Origin: Schmidtea polychroa
Taxonomy: Eukaryota
Length of the DNA: 64,000 nucleotides
Direction: 5' to 3'
Assembly (NCBI GenBank): GCA_044892525.1
Contig: CM097885.1
Coordinates: 267,902,001 to 267,966,000 of the forward strand
Shown here: positions 52,165 through 64,000 of the stretch, piece by piece
How positions within the stretch are numbered: the stretch's first letter is position 1
Layout of the letters: each line of letters opens with the position of its first letter
Notes under the pieces: model-generated
Told to the model about the DNA's origin: nothing
The model's input: only the letters and a program-made list of their open reading frames with translations
Databases searched by the model: none
Translations under genes and position numbers: made by a program

Positions 52165-55100
52165 CAGATCCGATGACAACGCTAAACATTTTGGTAAAAG
52201 TCCTCAGAGCTTAGTAGAATTACTTCATATAACATTCGCTAACACTGGGGCAGAAATCAATGAGTTTTTTATTGCTTTTCAGCTTTTTAACTATTTTTCA
52301 GGAACCATTGAAATGTCGAAGGATCTCCGAAATGCATGCTGGGATTGTATTGGCTCCAATATTCGGGAAATAAGCCAAAATACGTTTAGATATGCTGACA
52401 ATCTTATCTCTGGATGTTTTATTATTGAAAACTTGGTCCGAGAGCAGCATATAGACTTCCTAGATGCATTCGAAGCAGCTATAAAAATATGGCAATCAAA
52501 CTTAAATTATGATCAAAATTACCATAATTATTAACCATACTTTTATGAATAACGATTCTTCCGAAAAACATGCTTTTTTAAAGAAAAATGTTAATTTTAA
52601 AGAAAATCTTAATTTTAAAGAAAACCTTAATAATTTTAAAAACACCCTTTATAAAATTAATAAAAGTAATGAAATTTTTATTAAAAAACACGTTTTAAAA
52701 AATAATAAAGTGAAAACATTTTTCGAAAAAAAGCATGTTAATTGGTTCTTTAATGATTTTATAAATAAATCTAAAAATAAAAAATCTAGAAATTAAAACG
52801 TAAAAAATTAAAGAAAAAACAAATTCAAAGTAATTTGTTTAAATATTCTAGCAATTTCAGATCCGATGACTCACGGCCGACTCACAGCAAACGTAAGCCT
52901 TGAGACCGTAATACTCAAACGCAGATCGCCGGCCTACGGCCGAATCCCAGTAAACTTTACCACCATTACTAACTATCCAATGCTCAGCTCGTCGGCCTCC
53001 GGCCGACTCACGGAAAATGTCAAAATGCCTTCCAATAGTAAAAACGTCAATATCAATATCCAGAACCTTAAACATATAGAAAATAGATATAGAAGCCATC
53101 ATTTTCAACTTAAAATACAACCCAATCGCTATCAGCAACATCTATGAAACTTTCTTTAATGACCTAAATCAAAAATATATTCAGTTAATTAATATTCTGA
53201 ACCCCTCTAACGAACCTATACCTTCTCCTTTTCCTGATAATACCAAACTTTACAAACCAACGAACCACTGTCAACTCTATAACTTAAGTAAAACGTTTTC
53301 TTAGATATCCATAAAACTCTAAAAAACAATCCGAATCCTACTAACCTTTATATTATCAAAGACTTTTTTCTAATTTTAAGACTTAAAGAAAAATCCCTTA
53401 GAAACTCCATACTTGTTCCTCGTACGACTAAGTACCACCCTAATAAACACGCCAATAGTTACAAAAATCTCCACGTTGTCGCCTTTCAACCAGCACCACC
53501 AACTTATGATGCACAAACACCTTTATCATCAACAAACCCAATCTGGAAAACCTGATCAACTTAACGAGGACTATCCAACTTCCATATCGAATACTACGAA
53601 TCCGAGCAATGAAATGAAAGCCAATATAAATGAACTTATGAACTCTATTGGCTCAACCTATCCAGACCTTTCCGAACCCCTAACTCCTGAACATTTGAAT
53701 CAAATATCCTTAATTATTAATTCGACTCTCAATGATCACAACGAAAATATTTCGAAACTGCCAAAATCCCATGCGATTGCCTTCGATTTAATGTTCAAGC
53801 CAGAAAAACCTGACAATGATACGTATAGCAATATCAGCAACCTTATTTTATCAATCAAAACCGCCTATCCAGAACGATCCGAAAACCTTACTCATGATGA
53901 CTTGAATCACTTGGTCGAGACGGTTAGTTCAACTTTCAATGCCAACTCAGACTTCGACAACACTGACAATCCGATCAACCCACCTGTCCAGAAATATCAG
54001 AAAATCTTACTCCTGATGACATGATAGCTGAATTGAATATGATTGTTAATTTAGCTATCAATTCCAATTCCGTCTCTGAAAACATTGTGAACCCGATTAT
54101 TGAAATCAATAGAATTATAAAGTTGATATCCTCAGTTCCACACCTATCCGGACCTCTAACTCCTGAACATCTGAATCAAATAGCTCAACTTATATCTACT
54201 ATCAATAATCACAAAGATTATTCGACATCACCAAACTCACAATTGAATACCTCCGAATCTATGTTTATTTTTAATAAAGAAAACCCAAAAACAATCAATG
54301 CCAATATTACCAAACTTATTTCATCTATCAACACCACCTATCCTGACTTATCCGAAAATCTAACTCCTGATGACATGGATCAATTGACTCTGATTGTTAA
54401 TTCAGCTATCAATGCTAATTCCGATCTTATAAATTTGCCCCTAACTGAACCTGAAAAACCCAAGAAAAATGGTAAAAAGAAGAAAAAAAGGCGACATTAG
54501 GCCTTCTTACACAACTGTCAATGGGTATCTGTAGGGATCCTTGTATGGATCATGCCCATTGATTGTTAATTCTTTTTATCTAGTGTCTTATTAATTATAT
54601 TATATCTCTCTCTGACAATTGACACTCTATATATATTATATTATTTTACTAGTATATAAACTATCTAACGCTACAAATATCGCCAATGAAGTCTTCATAC
54701 TTTGAAAAAACTAACCATTTCTCTAGAAAAACTTCTACTAATCAGACAGAGGCTGGAACTACTAAGACAACAGCTTCTCCTAACCAAACTATACTACTCC
54801 ATCTGCTAAAAAAAAATCCGTCCTGACCTGCTTGGAATACCTCAGAATTCAATTGGATCCGGCGGACACCGAAACTCATCGGACAGAAGATGGACTAGCT
54901 CTGCCTCTCCTAATCAACTAAACTTCGAATGAATGCCAGGTGCATCTATATGAGCCATGGCTGATCATGTTTATGATTAGCTGTGTTTTTCCCCTACTCT
55001 GCTCAATGATGCTTACCAGGAAAATAAATGTGAATGAGCCAATGCCAGGAGCTTCAGAAAGGATCCCCGATACCAAACCTTACTGAAGTTTTCAGGGAAA

Positions 55101-55242
55101 ACCACGTTCTGATACGGGAGTTTTTAACTCTAGTATCCATAGACTATTGGAATAAAAGCTGCAGATTAGATAAGGGTGAGAATTGATCTCCCCTTCTTGG
55201 CCATGTGGCCCGTGAATTGTCTAAAATAAAATTTGATTTTTT
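52165..55242. mobile_element. Unclassified ~3.1-kb insertion within the Gypsy LTR
   Basis: Splits the LTR at TAGTAAT|GTATATTG; TCAGATCCGATGAC occurs at its left end and again at ~52857; no clear TSD or TIR. Confidence 0.7.
53413..54500 (+). CDS. Unknown protein with five internal repeats, frameshifted near 53970
   Basis: Units YPDLSEPLTPEHLNQI, YPERSENLTHDDLNHL, CPEISENLTPDDM, VPHLSGPLTPEHLNQI, YPDLSENLTPDDMDQL; basic C-terminus KPKKNGKKKKKRRH. Confidence 0.55.
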
Positions 55243-55770
55243 TATATTGCGTAATAACTAACACATTGTATTGAATTACGCAATATACTCTGAGCTGCTT
55301 CACATTTGGTCCTTGGCCTCTAATGTAATATCATTACTGTAAGAATTCCCAAAATATAACTTTTTCTGACTTTTATAGGCAACACTGTGAACATTTAAAT
55401 CAATTTTCTTGTACAAATAATAATACTTTGCATCTATTAATCTAAATGAAAGACGAATTGTTACTGTTTTTCAACAACCAGCGAAACTAATCGTAATTTC
55501 TGATGATGAAGATGTTCATTCATCAAATGACGAAAATATTGTTCAATATGGTGGTTCTAATGAACCTTTAATTAAATTTAATTTGAATAAGGCACATGCT
55601 ATTGTTAAAATGGTTTCTTTAAATTTAAATAAATTAATTATTCCTGCACCATTATTAATTAAATTCTGTTATATCCGAAATGGGATGTTAAAATTCAATC
55701 CTGCATTGATGTAGAATTTGAAAAAGATGGACAATTTCAGACTTTTATAATATCTAATTCGGCAAAACCC

Positions 55771-57484
55771 ATGAGTGATATCTTTTTAGATGTCAGTATT
55801 GCTCTTTTGAATGAAAAAATAACTCAAGTCTGTGAAAATGGTAACAACTGCTCAATTAATAAAATTAAGGAAATTAGTTTTAAATTGACAAAATATTCAC
55901 AAATAAGTAGGTTGAGTGGTCACAGAGGTATTGATACTCCTCCAAAATTATCCTTAAAATATTGTACAGTTAATGTGAAAAACACTGACGATATGTGTTT
56001 CATCTATAGTAATTTATCTATTATAAAATATGATGAGGTTAGTAGACATGACAGAAATATAGCATCTAGCTATAATCCATCAGATCTCGTCTTCGACTCT
56101 TCTGATTTGCCAATGAAATTGTGTAATATCCCGAAACTTGAGGCTAAAAATCCTGGATATGCGATTAATGTTCTTTTGTATGATGGATTTGACTTAATAA
56201 ATGTTAATGATAAGGAAGTTTTGAAACATCCTTTTGTAGATGTTATACATAGGTCTAAAGTTGTAAGTGGAATTCCCATTATTTTAATTTTCTTGAAGGA
56301 AAGTGATTCTTTTCATTACATAGCAGTTACTAATCTTGACAGGCTCTTGAATTGTAATACTGTTTCAAATGTTAGAATTCGGAGTATTTGGTGTAAACGA
56401 TGCTTGAATGGATTCAGATTGGCTGAAACTTTTAAGAAACATCAGGCATTATGTGAGAAAAACCAACTAGGTACAACTTTGTATAGTTTACCTTCAGATA
56501 AGAACTTGATATTTAAAGATTGGTCTAAGATTGTGACTCCTCCTTTTGTTGTATATGCTGATTTTGAGGCTGTTTTACCTAAGGACGATAAATATTTTCA
56601 GCTCCACTTGCGAATTTCAGCCGGACTATTATTAATTAATAATTTTACTGGTGAAAAGGTAATTATGAGTTTTTATGGTTTAAACTGTATTGAACAGTTT
56701 TTGACTGAAATAAATGACATTCGTGAAAAAATAGTTTTACCTTGCTTCTTAAATAATTCCAAAAAGGAAATGGAATTTCTTTCTTCTGATCAGAAAAGAT
56801 CCTTTCGTTCTTCAACCATTTGTTACTTGTGCAATAAACTATTAACCACTTGCGCTATATTGACGTGCCAGTCACGTCTTGATGATTTTTTTCAGAACTG
56901 CAAGTGACGTGTATACCACGTCGATAGTATTTGTCGCAAAAACAAAAACGACGTGTTTGCAACGTCGGCTGACAGGCGGAACGTCATTGTTGTTGTGAAT
57001 AATTATTTATATTCGTGTAAATCTTTTATGTAAGACCCTACCCTCGCGCTAAACACTGGTCAAACCTCTGAGGTCGCTGACGCGGTGAGGCGTCGATGCC
57101 TTACAATACTTTATATAGTAGAGCGCGGCTCAGCTACCAAAAATTAAATCATAGCGCAAGTGGTTAAAAAATCCAGTTAAAAATCATGATCATTACACGG
57201 GTAAATATTTAGGGGCTGCTTGTTCCAAATGTAATATTTCAAGACAAATTTGGTTTATCATGCCTGGAATTTTTCATAGTTTACGTGTATATGATTTACA
57301 TCCTATTCTTAAATATGGTTTAAATGAAATGGAAAATTGGGATATTAGTTGTATTCCTACCAGCAGCGAAAAGGTTTTGACTTTAACGGCAAGAGTTGAT
57401 AGTTTAAGCATTAAATTTATCGATTCTTGTCAATTTGTTAGTCAACACACCCTTCAATTAATTAGTATTAATATCCTTCATTGA
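55771..57484 (+). mobile_element. Polinton/Maverick-type protein-primed DNA polymerase B, N-terminal/exonuclease part
   Basis: VNVKNTDDMCF, NP.YAINV, HY..VTNLDRLL, WCKRCL, PPFVVYADFE (Exo I), CYLC...HDHYTGKYLGAACSKCN, FH...YD, FIDS.QF; truncated after ~57480. Confidence 0.85.
56846..57163. mobile_element. TTAA-specific (piggyBac-type) MITE, 318 bp
   Basis: TTAA TSD at 56842-56845 and 57164-57167; perfect 13-bp TIR CCACTTGCGCTAT. Confidence 0.9.
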
Positions 57485-59914
57485 TCTAAGTATATGAAAG
57501 TATAAACTTTCAATCTTATGTTGAGGATACCTAAATGGAAAATAACATAATAAATAATTAAATGACCTGGGGGAAGATCGTCATGACAAACGGGACGATC
57601 TATGGGAACTCAGAAAAGAAAGTATAAGCAAAAAGAAATGAGAAATGAAGAAGAGGAAGGAAACAAAAGAAATCAAACATGAAAATAAAAACCAAGGTCA
57701 GTACTAATTAATTAGTAATAAAAAGGAAAAGGTATTTCGAAATCGGGAAAACAGAAAAACAACAATATTCTTATCTCGACAGCTTGTCAGAGATAAGGGA
57801 AACAAAATAAAAACAGGCCGGAGCCGCAAAAGGAAACAATTATAAACATTGCGACAGCTATTAAAGATAACTCGGTCGCATGGAAAACTGAAAAATAATG
57901 TTGGGAAAAATGTTGGAATTAGAGATAAACTGAAGTGCCACAAATTGACAAGGTATAAAAGTAGGTGGCACAGCAGAAGCAGGCATAAGAAAAGATAGAG
58001 GAGAAAATTGATAGAGCACGTGGGAGAATTGTAATAGCGAAACAGTTTGGAGAAGCCACTGAGAAAACAATTTAGAAGAAATACTTGAATAAAATTGAAG
58101 CAGAGAAACTAAAAAGAAAACAGAAATAAAAGAGAATCAGCAAAGAGTTTATTCAGTTGAGTAAAGTTAGACGAGTAAAGCCAAGCCAAATCAGAGAACA
58201 ACCAGTTAAAATTACCAATTATCACACTACTCAGTTGTGAGAGGTTTAACAAATCAAAGTTATACGAGTGTGCCATTCCTCACCATAGTGTTGTATTAAG
58301 CACGGTATAATAGTAAGCTTGTAGAGTCAATTGTATCAATGTGAAAATATTTGTGATATTCAATAAAGTTTCCTGTGTTAATTGTTATTTGTGTGGCAGT
58401 CAAAAACACGCTTAGAGTCAGAGTAAGAGTTCTAATTCTATCACCAACTCGATAACCTAACACTTAGTACATAATTTTGTTTCATCAATTCTTTTTTTAA
58501 TGGAATGATTGGGACCAAATTTCAGAATACGCTCCTCCTCTTTACACAAAACAACTTTCCTCATGTTTATTAATGTATTCTCTAATGTATTTTATCAATT
58601 TCTTCTAATCTAATTTTAAAGTTTTATTGGGTGAGTTTAATAGTTATGATGGAGTAAAATTTCCATTTGCTAAGTATCAGGAGAAATTCTCTGTCTTCTC
58701 ATCCTGCGGATAAAGTGTAGTTCCAGACACTCACCTGAATTCGATTCTTCAAGGAGGGCCTTCGTCGAATCGATCGCTGACACCTTTTTATGTATTATAG
58801 TGGGTTAGGTTAATAATGAGGAAAGGAAGATCGATTGTAGGTAGAGAAAACTTAGTTTTGGGTGATATCAGAGAATTTTCGAGTAACTAGGATTAAAAAT
58901 AGGTCAGAATTGTAAATATAGGTAAATCTCTGCTCATATTTTTCGAATGTTGGGCCAGAACGACAACAGTCTCGATAATTAGCTTCATAGGTAGATAGGT
59001 AGGTAGCACGCTATTTATTTGTTTTAATAAGGACATCTGGATAGGAGAATCAACCAAGAAAAAAGGAAAAGTAAATTAAAATGCTTAGGAAAACAATAAA
59101 TAAGATTAATAAAAATAGCCCCCAAATTAAAAAACGGAAATAAAACGAGTTACATTTCTAGGAATTATTTTTTGATTTGAGAATAATCGTATACTACCAA
59201 TGACGTTGTGTTGTTGATGCTTCCTAAAATTACTAAAATAAACGTCGTCAACCAAGAATATATTATTTTTCCCTTTTTTAACTCATACACCTATTTTGAA
59301 TTCATCGGTTTTAGTACAAAATTTTCCCATCCACCATTATATCTAATCCAACTTGTCACATTTGTATTTGGCACTTTTGTGGTTTTTTCGATCCACTTTC
59401 CAATTTTTTCGAATCCAAACAACCACAGGTGCCAATTTTCAAGACAATATAAGCAACCACCGTCAACACTACGTCTCTGTTCAAACCATTTTTAATTAAC
59501 TTCTTCATTACTGTTTCATCACAAAACACATTTCCTTTAACGCTATGATTGGAAATCTTCTTTTAAGTTGTTTATAAAGTTGTTACATAAATTCATTTTC
59601 AAATACATTCTCTTCATTTAGTGCATATATTTCCATTACTAACCCCTTTAAAATCGATTTTGTTTCAATCAAATCATTTAAATCTGTTTCTAAATCGTTT
59701 AAATCGTCATTCTGTTAACTCACACTTTTTCAGGTTATGGTTATTTGATTTATCAGTCTTAGCAATTTCAACAAAATTCAATTCGCATTTTATTTCTTCC
59801 GTTTTTATCAGCTTGTCATTTGTATTATAAACTTCTTGACTTACTGAATCCGTTTCAATAACATCATCAGTTACATTTCCATTTTGCACTTCATTTAAAA
59901 TATTGTCTTTTGAC

Positions 59915-60235
59915 CCAAAATTTTCAATGCAATTGATTGACCACAGGAGTGAAATTGATCAATTGAAGCATGAAAACGATCAACTCAAACAACAAATAGA
60001 TAATATCAATGTGAATTTTTATTTTGTGTTAATTTTATTGATATTTGTGATTGCAGGAGGAGATGTGCGGGATGGCAATGAAATTGATTGATAGCAGAGG
60101 GGAAATGGATGAATTGCATGAGGAAATGGCGGCAGTGAAGGATGAGAATCGCTCATTGAGAAGGGAGATGGAGACAAATATTGGATCAATCAATCAGCTT
60201 TGATTATTGATTTGATCTGTTATTGATGTGTATAT
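59915..60235 (+). pseudogene. Partial TRAF duplicate (coiled-coil exons 2-3)
   Basis: QLIDHRSEIDQLKHENDQLKQQIDNIN...; inverted copy of ~61230-61545. Confidence 0.85.
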
Positions 60236-60588
60236 GCAAAGCATTATATTAAAAATGTTTATTATAAATTACTTTTAATTTCTGAAGCTCGAATTTAATT
60301 GGATAGATAAAAATGGAATTCAAAATGGTGAGCAACAATAAAAATAGATCAATAAATTCTACACAAAGTTCATTAAATGATCCAATTTGATATCAATAAT
60401 GATTTGACTATTATTGATTTATCATTTCATCAATTATCCAATCAAATTATTCAGCGCAATTTATAAATAAAATTTATTAACAGAATCAAATGATAAATTT
60501 AACATATCAAGCAGCGCAAAGCATAAATTAAAATCAGATCGATAACAGAAATAAATCAATTTTTTATTCAAATGTTTGTTTAAATTTG

Positions 60589-62144
60589 TCATAATTTTTC
60601 AATTTTGCACCTGAGCAGCAATTTATTATTTTTGGCTGCAAATTTATAGATTGGGATGGCAGCAGCGTAATTATCATAAATGCCCATTGGATCAATTCTG
60701 TCACCTGACGGCCTCCCCCACCCAGCATCATCAGGGCAATCTGAATATTTTATTGATTTACTCCTCCAAATGCTGGCATCTGCTGGATCGATCACATCAA
60801 CATTTACTGCATGCTTGAACGGCCAATCCAATTGCTCATCATTTGCCCCACGCATCAAATTGAAAACAACCTCAATTGCATCACCAATTTCATCACCCCC
60901 AATCCAAATACTATCAATCCACACACCCAAGCACATTTTGTAACCGAATGGCCCTGAATAAAATGCCTTGCTGTAAATCCATCGATCTCTCTTTTGTTGT
61001 GATAATTTATCGATTTGCCATTCCAAAAATCCATAATTTATATATTTTACATTTCCTAATTTTGTTTCAATTAGCCGAATTTCATTGGCGCATTCCGCCA
61101 TTTCAAGCTGCAACTGAATCTCAAATTCAAACATTTCAATAAATCAATAAATCACCTTTGCAATCTCCTGCTGTTGCAGCGGCTGCTCGCATTTCCCTTT
61201 CACCTCATCAATTGGTTGTCTGAGCTGCTTTGCATTTACACATCAATAACAAATCAAATCAATAATCAAACCTGATTGATTGATCCAGTATTTGTCTCCC
61301 TCTCCCTTCTCAATGAGCGATTCTCATCCTTCATTGCCGCCATTTCCTCATGGAATTCATCAATTTCCCCACTGCTATCAATCAATTTCATTGCCATCCC
61401 GCACATTTCCTCCTGCAATCACAAATATCAATAAAATTAACTCAAAATAAAAATTTACATTTATATTATCTATTTGTTGTTTGAGTTGATCGTTTTCATG
61501 CTTCAATTGGTCAATTTCACTCCTGTGGTCAATCAATTGCATTCCCATCTCGCCCATTTGCTGCTGCAATCAAAAATATATATATTCAATATTTCAATCA
61601 ATAAATCTACTTGTTGACTAATTGATTCATGCTTCAATAAATCCATATCATAGCGTAACTTATCGATCAGATCAATCAACAAATTGCTATGCATATAATT
61701 ATCTTCATACAGATGCCCTTTCATCTCGTCATGTACAACTTCATTGATTGCACAGCCAACTGCATTGAACGGGCAGCTGATTGGGCGCTTATTGCATGTC
61801 CTCATGTGGCTCTCCATCACCTCTAATTCATCTTTGAATTGACAATTTGGCCTTGGGCATTTCACCCGAATTTCTGCTATTCGACAGTTAACCTGATTGT
61901 CTATTGCAATATCATTTGCAAAATTGATCGTTTCCTTTTGACAGCGCCTTCTTGCTCCTGGACAGAATTTATCGTTTCCATCCAAATAATGCTCAATGCA
62001 ATCAGAACAAAAGCGACAACCGCAAGGAGCACTGCAAGCCTTTATCATTAAACATTTGCAAATGCTGCATATCAATTCACTGCTGATTTCATTATCAAAT
62101 TCCAATTTATTTTCTTGCATCAATTTCCATACGCTTGCAAACAT
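60589..62144 (-). CDS. TRAF-family E3 ligase (RING, Zn finger, coiled coil, MATH), intact, 5 exons, 460 aa
   Basis: Exons 62144-61611, 61563-61459, 61412-61272, 61227-61156 and 61119-60589 join in frame via phase-0 GT-AG introns of 47, 46, 44 and 36 nt; CSIC..PCGCRFC..C...CP; MATH motifs FYSGPFGYKMCL and D..L.WPF. Confidence 0.9.
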
Positions 62145-63249
62145 TTTATCTAAAATTATCAAAATCATTGATTAAATGATAAATAATTATTAATGTAAAA
62201 ATAAATCAATAAAATATTCCATTTTCATAAATCATAATTATTATATTAATTATTTCCTGTTACATTTAAAATGTCAAGTTTATACAATTTGTTTTTTGAT
62301 GCAGATAAACAAGCAATTTATAAATAATTTATATCAGATTAGATTTTCATTTGTAGTTTAATGTTAGTTTTCATTGATTTTCTCTGTTATTTGTCACAGC
62401 AATTTATCAATATTTGATAAAATAGAAAATCAAATAACCTTGAAATATTTATTCAGTATTTAAATCTAAATCTATAAAAAATGAGTAACAATTGAGAGGA
62501 AATTTAAATGCAAAAATGTGACAAATAGGACAGAAAATAGAAAATAATTGTAAACATAAAGTTTTTGTGCTTCACATATTTTGTACAATTAATAAAAGTA
62601 TTTGTACAATTTGTATTAAATTAATTAATATGTCACTTTCAATGTAATTGCGCAAATATCAAAACCAATTCCAGGTCAAATTGTATAAATAAATTTATAT
62701 TCAATCGAGTTATTCCATTCAAATGTGTAACGCCACAGTTGTAATATCTGAGCACATTTATTTGAGCTCATCAAAAACAGTCCAAACAAACAGCAGATGA
62801 GTATAGCAATAATAAAAGGTCACAATTTATAGAAGGAAATCTTTTGCATTGCAATAAAATTAAATAATAATTTAAATCAATTAAAAAAAAATCAGCAAAA
62901 ATTTCTTGTTAGAATTGAATAGATAAATAACATGAGCGGTAATTTAAATTCACCTTATCTAAACAAATGAAGTTTTGACAACACTCACTCTTCCTAACTT
63001 TTCACATACATTACGAATTTAAAATAAATAAATGTTGACGGATAATGAGGAGGATTTTTAGGTACTTTGAACCTTTCTATTTCAATTTTGAGGAAAAATA
63101 AAATTTAATTTTTTAATTATAACTTGCAAATTAAATTGAATAGCTCTGGAATCTGCCAAACTGGAACCTTTATTTGCATCGACAAAATAACACGGAAATC
63201 GTTAAAAGGAAAAATGTTTTTGAGCCCTTAATTAGCTTTAATTTTAAAA

Positions 63250-63680
63250 TTTGAACCTTAAATCACTTATTTGAACCCATTGATTACTTTAATTCAATTA
63301 TTAAACCCATCATTTACCTTTATTTCATAATTTGAACCCATAATTTACTGTAATTCAATTTTTAGACCCATAATATGCTTTATTTTAAAATTTACCACGT
63401 TTTTTAGTGTAGACCATTTTTTGTATTGAAATTCTCAGGACCAAGAAGACCCACCTTAATTTATTTTGAATATTATATGCTTTTTTGTGGTAATCGGATT
63501 TTTGTATTGAAAATCCCTGGACCATCGAGATCACTATAGTCTGAATAATTCATGCTTTTTTAGTGGTAATTGAATTTTGTATTGAAAAAAAAATTTTGTA
63601 TTGAAAATCCCAGGATCAATCGAGACCCCTCACTACAGTTTGATAAAAAAAATTTTGTAATAAAAATCCCTGAAAGCAAA
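63250..63680. repeat. Degenerate tandem repeats (TTTGAACCCAT x~5; TTTTGTATTGAAA..CC.GGA x~3)
   Basis: Recurring motifs visible by eye. Confidence 0.6.
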
Positions 63681-63804
63681 AAAAGGTGAGTTGGAACAAT
63701 TGCGTAATCAAATGTTAAAAAATTTTACCCTCCCCCAGGGGTAATTGTTCCAGGGCACCCCTTAACTACCTACTAAGGTTATTTGATTTTCTACTTTTTA
63801 TCAA

Positions 63805-64000
63805 ATATTGATAAATTGCTGTCACAAATAAATAATAATATCAATGAAAACTTACATCAAACTGCAAATAAAAATCTAATCTGATAAACAATATTTATAA
63901 ATTGCTTGTTTATCTGCATCAAAAAACAAATTGTATAAACTTGACATTTTAAAAGTAACAGGAAATAATTAATATAATAATTATGATTTATGAAAATGGA
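63805..64000 (+). repeat. Duplicated TRAF 5' flank; another plus-strand TRAF copy probably begins beyond the window
   Basis: Matches 45320-45500 directly and 62215-62410 inverted. Confidence 0.8.

Larger units (their letters stand above)
50146..55338 (-). mobile_element. Internally deleted Gypsy LTR retrotransposon, 5' LTR split by a nested insertion
   Basis: 168-bp LTRs (50146-50313; 52094-52164 plus 55243-55338), termini AGT...ACT, 5-bp TSD GTAAG, PBS TGGCGACCACG, PPT GAAGGGGAG; gag, protease DSGA and integrase tail (YDGPYKI), but no RT or RNase H. Confidence 0.93.

Noticed and set aside
52160-55245. Helitron identity for the nested insertion (A|TC start, GGCC hairpin plus CTAA near the end)
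   Set aside because: CTAA is ~18 nt short of the actual boundary, the hairpin is only 4 bp, and there is no Rep/helicase.

Overview
AT-rich eukaryotic (probably metazoan) genomic DNA with very short introns (36-49 nt), heavily filled with transposon debris. Host genes: an RGS-domain gene (6.6-7.3 kb), KAT5/Tip60 (minus strand, 39.9-42.6 kb), and a TRAF (RING-Zn-coiled-coil-MATH) family in inverted duplications, with one intact copy and several broken ones. Mobile DNA: at least five copies of an NeSL-like restriction-like-endonuclease (REL) non-LTR retrotransposon (zinc fingers, Ulp1-like protease, RT, REL); Penelope-like remnants with minimal hammerhead ribozymes; an internally deleted Gypsy element; Merlin, MULE, piggyBac and pogo remnants or MITEs; a Polinton-type pPolB fragment; and two unclassified ~3 kb nested insertions. 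Two signals stand out. (1) All four NeSL-like copies that retain the zinc-finger/protease junction have an in-frame TGA-CTA exactly at the Trp of the protease W-L motif, suggesting programmed stop-codon readthrough. (2) Endogenous ssDNA-virus pieces (a CRESS-type Rep and two ~53% identical parvovirus-like capsid fragments) lie inside, fused to or just behind these retrotransposons, suggesting retrotransposon-mediated capture of a CRESS/parvo-like virus. All calls were made by eye without database searches, and boundaries of degenerate elements are approximate.
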